A stretch of DNA of 64,000 nucleotides from NCBI GenBank assembly GCA_963726745.1, contig CAVSDR010000003.1:1024001-1088000 (forward strand). The letters are read 5' to 3'. The DNA comes from an uncultured Verrucomicrobiae bacterium (GTDB lineage: Bacteria > Verrucomicrobiota > Verrucomicrobiia > Chthoniobacterales > UBA10450). This document shows positions 50,245-64,000 of the stretch, one piece after another. Numbering within the stretch: the stretch's first letter is position 1; every line of letters starts with the position of its first letter. The notes beneath the pieces were generated by a model, which did not search any database, was not told the DNA's origin, and saw only the letters and a list, made by a program, of their open reading frames with translations. The position numbers and the translations under genes are program-made.

Positions 50245-50706
50245 ATGGCTGGCGGCGGAGGAGGAACGGAGCAAGGCGAACCTGAATTCCAGGTCGCGCC
50301 GATGATCGACGTGTTGCTGGTTATCTTGGTCTTCTTTATGACCATTACCTCGACCCAAGTTTTGAAGGTCGACAAAACAATTAACCTACCGATCGCGAAG
50401 AATGCGCTGAAGAAGGATAACTCCCGCTCTGAGGCGATGGTCAACGTGCGTTGGCGGCCGAGCGACAAGAAGGCGGAATTTGTCTTTGATGACCGCGTCT
50501 ACAAAAGCGGCACGGAGCTGGTCGAACCTTTGAAGAACGCCAAGATCACAGGAGAGAAGAAAGTGTCTGCCGGGAGCAATCCTACTTTCCGCGCCGTCAT
50601 CCGCGGCGACCGCGAGGTGCCCGCGCTCTTCGTTTCGCAGGCGATGAATGCTTGTGCGGAAGCAGGGATTACCGACATCTCCTTCTCGGCGGTGAACAAG
50701 GACTAA
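50245..50706 (+). CDS. ExbD/TolR family protein
   Basis: FQVAPMIDVLLVILVFFM; VIRGD. Confidence 0.92.
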   Translation: MAGGGGGTEQGEPEFQVAPMIDVLLVILVFFMTITSTQVLKVDKTINLPIAKNALKKDNSRSEAMVNVRWRPSDKKAEFVFDDRVYKSGTELVEPLKNAKITGEKKVSAGSNPTFRAVIRGDREVPALFVSQAMNACAEAGITDISFSAVNKD

Positions 50707-50709
50707 GCA

Positions 50710-51153
50710 ATGCGCCTGGAACTTCATCAAAACGAAGGCAACGCCAGCTTCCAGATCGCGCCGATGATCGACGTCGTCTTCGTGATCATGCTCTTTTTCA
50801 TGGTCATGGCCGGCGCGGTCAAAGTGGAGAACGAGCTGAACACGCAGCTCCCCGGCACCGCCGAGACCTCGAGCTCGACCGACTTTGTCGACGAGCAAAT
50901 CATCACCATTTCCGACATTGGCGAGGTAAGCCTGAACGATGAGCCGTTTGACTCGAAGGACAGCAAGGACCTGCCGATGCTGAAAGGCACGCTCATGCGC
51001 CTGAAGCAGAACGCCGATGCCGCCAAGACGCCGGCCGTGGTCACGATCGTGAGCGACGAGCAGGCCAAGTATAGCCGCACGGTCGACGTGCTCGACGCGC
51101 TCGCGGTGGCGAAGATCGACAACGTCACCTTCACCGTCTCCGAGGAAGAATAA
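50710..51153 (+). CDS. ExbD/TolR family protein (second copy)
   Basis: FQIAPMIDVVFVIMLFFMV; VDVLDAL. Confidence 0.92.
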   Translation: MRLELHQNEGNASFQIAPMIDVVFVIMLFFMVMAGAVKVENELNTQLPGTAETSSSTDFVDEQIITISDIGEVSLNDEPFDSKDSKDLPMLKGTLMRLKQNADAAKTPAVVTIVSDEQAKYSRTVDVLDALAVAKIDNVTFTVSEEE

Positions 51154-51223
51154 GCGCCCTCAGCGGGTTGCATTTCCGCAACCGGGCGGGCGCAGCCTGC
51201 GGGTCACGCGCGAATCAGAGCGA

Positions 51224-52129
51224 ATGATTAGCGTAATCCTGAACCAGGCGGCGGGCAGCGTGGGCGAAGATTTAGCCGCCAAGGTGCGGCAGGAGTTTGC
51301 CGCCGCCGGGCTGGAGGTGGAGGTGCGGCACCCGGAGGAGGGAGAGGATTTGGTCTCGTTAGGCAAACGCGCCGCGCAGGGAAACGAAGACTTGGTTGTG
51401 GCTGGCGGGGGCGACGGGACAATCAGCGCCATCGCCGGCACCCTGGTCGATACCGGAAAAACGCTCGGGGTGCTGCCGCTGGGCACGCTGAATCACTTTG
51501 CGAAAGACCTCGGGATTCCGCTGGAGCTGCCCGCGGCGGTCGCGGCCATCGTGCACGGTCGCACCATGGAGGTGGACGTGGGCGAGGTCAGCGGGCGGGT
51601 CTTCATCAACAACAGCAGCCTCGGCCTTTACCCGCGCATCGTGGCCACGCGCGAGGCCCAGCAGGAGCGGCTGTCGCGCAGCAAGTGGACCGCCTTTGCC
51701 TGGTCGACGCTCCGGACCTTCCGGCGTTTCCCCTTCCTCCAGCTGCGCCTGACGGTGAATGGAAAACAACTCGTTAGGCGGACGGCGTTCCTCTTCGTGG
51801 GGAACAATGAATACGAAATCGACGGCTTCAATTTGGGCGCGCGCAGCTGCCTGGATGCCGGGAACCTGGGTCTTTACCTGACACCGCGAACTGGACGGCT
51901 GGGATTATTTCTCCTCGGCCTGCGGGCGCTGTTCGGCCGGGTCCGGCAGGCAAAGGATTTTGAAGCTTTCTGCGTCGATGAAGTGACGATTGAATCGCAT
52001 AAGCCGAAGCTGCTGGTCGCGACTGACGGTGAGGTGGGAATGATGGAGACGCCGCTCCGGTATCGCATTCGGCCGGGCGCCTTGCGGGTGAAAGTGCCGG
52101 CTAAAAACGACGCCCCGGCGGATAAATAA
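51224..52129 (+). CDS. Diacylglycerol/lipid kinase family protein
   Basis: GGGDGTIS, LPLGTLNHFAKDL, TDGE. Confidence 0.9.
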   Translation: MISVILNQAAGSVGEDLAAKVRQEFAAAGLEVEVRHPEEGEDLVSLGKRAAQGNEDLVVAGGGDGTISAIAGTLVDTGKTLGVLPLGTLNHFAKDLGIPLELPAAVAAIVHGRTMEVDVGEVSGRVFINNSSLGLYPRIVATREAQQERLSRSKWTAFAWSTLRTFRRFPFLQLRLTVNGKQLVRRTAFLFVGNNEYEIDGFNLGARSCLDAGNLGLYLTPRTGRLGLFLLGLRALFGRVRQAKDFEAFCVDEVTIESHKPKLLVATDGEVGMMETPLRYRIRPGALRVKVPAKNDAPADK

Positions 52130-52959
52130 TGCGGCTGCTGGTTCACCTTTCCGACCTGCATTTTGGCCGGGTGAACCCGGAAATCCTCGAGCCGCTGGGG
52201 CATTTTGTGCGCAAGCTCCAGCCGGACCTGGTCGCGGTCTCGGGCGACCTTACCCAGCGCGCGCGCACGCACGAGTATCTCGCGGCCCGGGAATTCCTGG
52301 CCACGCTTCCGGGCCCGCAGATCGTCGTTCCCGGGAACCACGATGTGCCGCTGCACAATCCGTTTCGCCGCTTCTTTCGCGGGCTCACGCGCTACCAGCA
52401 TTACATCACCCGCGACTTGCAGCCGACCTTCATCGACGACGAGCTCGCGGTCGTGGGGGTAAACACCGCGCGCGCGTTCACCTGGAAAGACGGCCGGATC
52501 AATCGCCGCCAGCTCGCGCAATTACGCGCCACCCTGGAGACGGTCGGGCCGCGGCACACGCGCGTGCTGGTGACGCATCATCCCTTTGATCTCCCCGGCG
52601 GGGCGAGCGGGGAAGTGGTCGGCCGCTCGCGGCTCGCGATCAAAACGCTGGCTGATTGCCGGGTGGACCTGCTGCTCGCGGGGCACTTCCACATTGCCGA
52701 CATCGGTTACACCGCGAAGCGCTATAACGTCGAAGGTTATTCCGCGCTCATCGTTTCCTCCGGCACGAGCACGTCCACGCGCGGGCGCGGCCAGCCGAAT
52801 TCATTCAACCTCCTGCGGATCGAGCACCCGGCGGTCACGATTGAGCGTTACGTTTGGCCGCCGGCCGGCGGGGAGTTCACCCTCTTCTCGGTGGAGAACT
52901 TCCGGAAAGGCGACGCCGGCTGGCTACGCGTCCCAGACGGCGTATCCTCTCCGGAATGA
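52129..52959 (+). CDS. Calcineurin-like metallophosphoesterase
   Basis: HLSDLHFG, SGDLTQRA, PGNHD, THHP, GHFH. Confidence 0.92.
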   Translation: MRLLVHLSDLHFGRVNPEILEPLGHFVRKLQPDLVAVSGDLTQRARTHEYLAAREFLATLPGPQIVVPGNHDVPLHNPFRRFFRGLTRYQHYITRDLQPTFIDDELAVVGVNTARAFTWKDGRINRRQLAQLRATLETVGPRHTRVLVTHHPFDLPGGASGEVVGRSRLAIKTLADCRVDLLLAGHFHIADIGYTAKRYNVEGYSALIVSSGTSTSTRGRGQPNSFNLLRIEHPAVTIERYVWPPAGGEFTLFSVENFRKGDAGWLRVPDGVSSPE

Positions 52960-53426
52960 AACTCTATTTCCTGCGCCATGGAAAAGCGGATTGGCCCGAC
53001 TGGACCGGGACCGATGACGAGCGGCCGCTGACGAAAAAGGGCCGCAAGGAAACGAAGCGCGTGGCGCGATTCCTTTGCCGACACGGCGAGGAGCCAGAGT
53101 TCATTCTCACCAGTCCGCTGCCACGCGCCCGGCAAACCGCGGAAGCCGCCGCGAAGAAACTTGGCGTGGAAGTGCGGGTGGAAGCGGCGCTCGAAAAGGG
53201 CTTCGATCTCGCGGCGTTGCGGCGCCTGCTCAAGCGCACCGAAGCAAAGACGATCATGCTCGTCGGGCACGAGCCGGACTTCAGCGGAGTGGTCGCGGAA
53301 TTGACCGGCGGCCGGGTGGAGCTGCGCAAAAGCAGTGTTGCCTGCGTGCTCCTGGGCGAGGCGAAAAGCGCCGGCGTGCTCGCCTGGTTGCTCCCACCGG
53401 CACTGACGAAGCGGCGGAAAGCTTAG
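52956..53426 (+). CDS. sixA: Phosphohistidine phosphatase SixA-like
   Basis: MKLYFLRHGKA, DDERPLT, SPLPRARQTA, LVGHEP; ATGA overlap. Confidence 0.88.
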   Translation: MKLYFLRHGKADWPDWTGTDDERPLTKKGRKETKRVARFLCRHGEEPEFILTSPLPRARQTAEAAAKKLGVEVRVEAALEKGFDLAALRRLLKRTEAKTIMLVGHEPDFSGVVAELTGGRVELRKSSVACVLLGEAKSAGVLAWLLPPALTKRRKA

Positions 53427-53471
53427 CCGGCGCGACTCGCGGGCGTTCGGCGGGTTAAAAGAACCAAAGGG

Positions 53472-55190
53472 ATGTTTTACGGGGTCACGTTTCGGTCGCC
53501 CAAGGGCAGTTCAGCGCTCGTTAGGCGAAAAGCTGTGCGCGCGCAGGAGTGCGTGCTGGCGGCGGCGATCTTCGGAGGCACGCTCCTGCTGAAGCTGTGG
53601 GCGGTTTATCACTACCGCTTCGATAGCGACGAGTCGCAGCATCTGCACGTCGCCTGGGCCTGGACGCACGGCTTGGTGCAATACCGCGACGCGTTCGATA
53701 ATCACATGCCGCTCTTCCATCTGCTGACCGCGCCGGTGCTCGCGCTCCTCGGCGAGCATGCGTCGGTGCCATTTTGGATGCGGCTTTTCATGCTCCCGCT
53801 CTACGGGATCAGCGCCTGGGCGATTTATCGCATCGGCACGATCACGTTTTCGCGCCGGGTTGGGATGTGGGCCGCAGTCGTGCTCGGCGGTTACGCGCCC
53901 TACTTCTTCTGCACCACGGAATTTCGCACCGATAACCTCTGGAATCCGCTTTGGCTGCTCTCCGTGCTCGTCTTGTTGCGCGGACCGATGGAAACGCGGC
54001 GGTCGCTCGCCGCGGGCGTGCTTCTCGGGCTTTGCTTTGCGGTGTCGATGAAGACAACGGTGATGCTGCTGGGATTGCTCCTGGCCCTGGGCTGCACGCT
54101 GTTTCTCCTGCGCGCCGAGTTGCCGGCTATTTCCTGGGGGCGGGTGGGGCGTTGCGCGGCTGCCTATGCGCTGGCCGCGGCGGCGATCCCAGGTTGCATC
54201 ATGCTCTACTTCGCCGCCATGGGCGTGTGGCCGGAGTTTCGCTACGGCGTCTTCGAGCACAACTTGATGCTGCATCGCTCGGCCGCGGCGACGTATCTGC
54301 GGATGCTGTTGCTCCCCATGGGGCTGCCAATCATCCTTCTGGCCGGGCGCCATTTCCTGGCCCGGCAGCCGAAGCGGGAGCGCGGTTTTGCGCGCACTTT
54401 CGTGCTTCTGCTCGCGCCTTGTTATTTCATCGTGCTGGTTAGTTTTTGGCGGCACGTCACGCGGCAGGACGATCTGCCGTTTCAGCCTTTCGCGGCTCTG
54501 CTCGCGGTGGTGGGCGTGCTCCATTTTGCGCGGAACTGGCGGCCGCTTCTGCTTGGGCGCTGGCTCCCGGCGCCGGCGTGTCTCGCGCTCGTGCTGGTGG
54601 CGCTCCTCGGGCCGCGTTTCGCCAGCTTAACCGGCGCGCGCACCGAGGTGGCCTTGGTGCGCGAAGTTCTCCAGCTGGCCGATCCGAGCGACTACGTGCT
54701 CGACGCCAAGGGCGAGACGATCTTTCGCCCGCGGCCTCTGTTCTGGGTGCTGGAGGGGATCACGATGGATCGCCTGCACAAGGGCCTGTTGGCGGACGAT
54801 CTCGCGGCGCGTTGCCTGTCCACGCGGACCTGTGTCGCGGTCGTGAGCGGACATTTGCCGGAGAACGACCGCGCTTTCCTGGATGCAAATTACATCGAAG
54901 TGCGACCGGCCTTGCGAGTCGCGGGGAAGGTCTTGCCGTCGACGAGCGGCCCGGACGGCAAGATCCCGTTCGAGGTTGCGATTCCGGCAAGCTACGAGTT
55001 GATCTCGCCGGACGAGAAAGTCACCGGGACGCTCGACGGCCTGCCTTACGAAGGTGCGCGGACGTTGAACCAAGGCTGGCACGATTTCCGGCCAGCGGTG
55101 GCCGGCGAGACCGTGGCGGTGATCTGGGCGCAGGCGGCGGACCGGAACTTCACTCCTTTCCACTCGCACCACGCGAAGGTGCACGGCTAA
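53472..55190 (+). CDS. GT-C fold (ArnT/PMT-like) membrane glycosyltransferase
   Basis: DSDESQHLH, YRDAFDNHMPL, EFRTD motifs; multiple TM helices; start uncertain. Confidence 0.75.
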   Translation: MFYGVTFRSPKGSSALVRRKAVRAQECVLAAAIFGGTLLLKLWAVYHYRFDSDESQHLHVAWAWTHGLVQYRDAFDNHMPLFHLLTAPVLALLGEHASVPFWMRLFMLPLYGISAWAIYRIGTITFSRRVGMWAAVVLGGYAPYFFCTTEFRTDNLWNPLWLLSVLVLLRGPMETRRSLAAGVLLGLCFAVSMKTTVMLLGLLLALGCTLFLLRAELPAISWGRVGRCAAAYALAAAAIPGCIMLYFAAMGVWPEFRYGVFEHNLMLHRSAAATYLRMLLLPMGLPIILLAGRHFLARQPKRERGFARTFVLLLAPCYFIVLVSFWRHVTRQDDLPFQPFAALLAVVGVLHFARNWRPLLLGRWLPAPACLALVLVALLGPRFASLTGARTEVALVREVLQLADPSDYVLDAKGETIFRPRPLFWVLEGITMDRLHKGLLADDLAARCLSTRTCVAVVSGHLPENDRAFLDANYIEVRPALRVAGKVLPSTSGPDGKIPFEVAIPASYELISPDEKVTGTLDGLPYEGARTLNQGWHDFRPAVAGETVAVIWAQAADRNFTPFHSHHAKVHG

Positions 55191-55201
55191 CGAGTCGCTG
55201 G

Positions 55202-55546
55202 CTAATTCTCGGCCGGTGCGGTGAGCGCGGCGAGCTCGCCCGCGATCTTCTGCTGGCGCTCGTTCAAATCCTTCAGCCGAAGTTGCCAGCGATGCAGCTG
55301 GATGCTGTGCTGATTGATGTAGCTGGTGATTTCTGTGCGCTGCGACTCGTTCTCCTTCAGCTGGTGTTGTAACTCGGAGAGCTTCGCGGCATTCACCGCG
55401 GCGGCGGCAATCCCGGACGCGGGTACGGTGGTCGTCTTTCCACAGGTCTGACATTGCAGACTAATGCCCGCGGCTGCGGCGTCGACCACGTAGGAAGTGG
55501 CGCAGTGGGTGCAGGCAAAAACGATGTCGGGCGTGCTGGTTTCCAT
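55202..55546 (-). CDS. Small zinc-ribbon plus coiled-coil protein
   Basis: FACTHC...LQCQTCGKTTTVP followed by a heptad helix. Confidence 0.75.
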   Translation of the reverse strand: METSTPDIVFACTHCATSYVVDAAAAGISLQCQTCGKTTTVPASGIAAAAVNAAKLSELQHQLKENESQRTEITSYINQHSIQLHRWQLRLKDLNERQQKIAGELAALTAPAEN

Positions 55547-55714
55547 CACGTCGTCTCTTTAGCAGGTGGTATACCGGAATGTCCTCTGGGAAAGGTCCTG
55601 CCACTAGAGAGATGCGACACAGCAGCGCATCGCAGGGAAATCCACTGCGCCACGATGTCCCGAAAGCCCGCAGCCACGTCGCGACACTCAAAAAAGTAAA
55701 CCGCTCTCCCGTAG

Positions 55715-57763
<2,049 letters not shown>

Positions 57764-57788
57764 GCAGCACTTTCAACCCATAAAATTT

Positions 57789-57823
57789 GCCGGCGCTCGC
57801 AGGGCTACCTGCCGGGCGCAGGC
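57789..57823 (+). other. Intergenic stem-loop between dnaK and groES
   Basis: GCC-G-GCGCTC-GCAGG-GCTA-CCTGC-C-GGGCGC-A-GGC; no U-tract, so more likely a stability or processing element. Confidence 0.4.
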
Positions 57824-57858
57824 ATTAACCAAAAGACAAGAAGGAGTAACTAAAACAC

Positions 57859-58152
57859 ATGGCAATTAACGTAAGACCGCTTGGAGATCGCGTGCTCGTG
57901 CAGCCGATCGAAGAGCAGGAAATGAAAAAAGGCGGGATCATCATTCCCGACACCGCAAAGGAAAAGCCACAGGAAGGCAAAGTTGTCGCCCTCGGCACCG
58001 GCAAGCTCGATGACAATGGGAAGAAGGTCGAGTTCACCGTGAAGAGCGGAGACAAGGTGCTGATCAGCAAATATGGCGGCACCGAAATCAAAGTGGACGG
58101 TGAGTCCTACTTGATCATGCGTGAGGACGACATCCTCGGCATCATTGGTTAA
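57859..58152 (+). CDS. groES: Co-chaperonin GroES
   Basis: [40 protein letters not shown]. Confidence 0.99.
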   Translation: MAINVRPLGDRVLVQPIEEQEMKKGGIIIPDTAKEKPQEGKVVALGTGKLDDNGKKVEFTVKSGDKVLISKYGGTEIKVDGESYLIMREDDILGIIG

Positions 58153-58184
58153 TCAGAACCTTTAACTAGAAAACCACACAATAA

Positions 58185-59846
<1,662 letters not shown>

Positions 59847-59880
59847 GTCCAGCGACCCAAAGCTAACCAAAGCAATCAAG

Positions 59881-59919
59881 AGCAGCCGGGTTCCGCAAGG
59901 GGCCCGGCTGTTTTGCTTT
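59881..59919 (+). terminator. Rho-independent terminator after groEL
   Basis: AGCAGCCGGGTTCC-GCAA-GGGGCCCGGCTGTT followed by TTGCTTT. Confidence 0.85.
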
Positions 59920-59929
59920 CGCCGACGTT

Positions 59930-59963
59930 TAGCTCAAAGCGCGGTTGCGCGCTTGCGAGCTAC
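59930..59963 (-). repeat. GTAG-initiated imperfect palindrome (REP-like)
   Basis: Minus strand GTAGCTCGCAAGCGCG-CAAC-CGCGCTTTGAGCTA between convergent groEL and rpoZ. Confidence 0.45.
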
Positions 59964-59994
59964 GCTGTGGGGAAGGCAAAGGCGGAGGCTGCGG

Positions 59995-60252
59995 CTAAGC
60001 GGCCTGCTTCATCCCGGGGAGGACGCTTGGGAAGACGGCGATCGCGGCTTCCGGCTTTTCCACCGGCTCGGAGGTCAGCTTTCCTTCGATGATCTCGGTC
60101 AAGGCGATATCGGCCAAGCCCATTCCCGGCGGAGTGCTGACCAGCGGACGATGTCCCTGGTTTAACTGCCGCACGCGGCGCGAGACCACGTTAACTAGAA
60201 GTTCAGTCAGCGGGATCACTTGGGCGGCAGCGGCGACGAGGTGGGAATTCAT
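59995..60252 (-). CDS. rpoZ: DNA-directed RNA polymerase subunit omega
   Basis: LVNVVSRRVRQLNQGHRPLV...DIALTEIIEGKL. Confidence 0.85.
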   Translation of the reverse strand: MNSHLVAAAAQVIPLTELLVNVVSRRVRQLNQGHRPLVSTPPGMGLADIALTEIIEGKLTSEPVEKPEAAIAVFPSVLPGMKQAA

Positions 60253-60414
60253 AAGGGAAGAGGAGTGGGAAGCTGCGGACTGGAAGAGAGGCACCGGCGC
60301 GCCCGCGAGGCGCGACCCGGCGATTCACCGCAGGGAAGCAGGCGGAGGTTCGCCCACTTTGAGGGAAAGACAACCGCTCACTGCGGATGGTCCCGCTGCG
60401 TTGGAAACTGTCGG

Positions 60415-60603
60415 CTAACGAAAGAAGAGCGAATAACCGACCGCGGCCAGGAGCCCTCCCGCCACGATGAGCCAGGGAAGGCCCCGGGCGTTGAAGCGCA
60501 GCCGGTTCGATCCATTGCCGAGCAACGCTGGCGCACAGTGCCGGCAGCGATGATCCACGATCGACAAGGCATAACCGCAGGCGGGACATTCTTCCAGAGG
60601 CAC
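60415..60603 (-). CDS. Small zinc-ribbon protein with C-terminal TM helix
   Basis: GTG start; CPACG...CRHC then LPWLIVAGGLLAAVGYSLFF. Confidence 0.65.
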   Translation of the reverse strand: MPLEECPACGYALSIVDHRCRHCAPALLGNGSNRLRFNARGLPWLIVAGGLLAAVGYSLFFR

Positions 60604-60708
60604 AACTCACCCATCGCAGGCTTTGGCGGCGACGCGAGGGAAGACATGCTGTCGCGGCGCGCGCAACTTCTTTGACTCCGCCGCAGCCTCTCGTCACTCT
60701 CCCTTTCC

Positions 60709-63905
<3,197 letters not shown>

Positions 63906-64000
63906 TTAAGCAGAACTTTATTTGGAGACCAAGAAGCCAGGAAGAGAATGCTGGCTAATGGCCGAGTGCTTTCACAGAGCCGCCGGCTCTTAGACAAAAA

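Overview
High-GC bacterial chromosomal window, most likely Verrucomicrobiota (Spartobacteria/Chthoniobacterales-like). This call rests on a Verru_Chthon-type pseudopilin cassette, a dnaK-groES-groEL run, a short Verrucomicrobia-type rpoZ and a secreted protein with tandem NLSTR...IGGFII C-terminal domains. Content is mostly housekeeping and envelope genes: tRNA-Thr, trxB, fpg-like, cdd, mnmG, plsY, gpsA, purN, rfaE2, livKHMGF, murU/amgK-like, prc, TPR-TPR-exbB-exbD-exbD, sixA, dnaK, groES, groEL, rpoZ, an S9 peptidase and an aldo/keto reductase. Many genes carry single-base frameshifts, most likely long-read assembly errors. No integrase, transposase or CRISPR array was seen. Main unexplained signals: (1) a non-palindromic 9-mer CCTAACGAG/CTCGTTAGG with at least 25 exact copies on both strands, embedded in genes through rare synonymous codons and forming an inverted pair between convergent genes, as DNA uptake sequences do, plus a second over-represented 10-mer GCTGGCTAAT; (2) a closely packed four-gene operon (37.7-40.1 kb) of signal-peptide-less Ig-like, Cys-rich and beta-repeat proteins, hidden inside a chimeric 937-aa ORF; (3) two parS-like sites at and inside mnmG; (4) a TonB-like SxxxH-anchored PA14 protein and a TonB-less ExbB/ExbD/ExbD motor locus.
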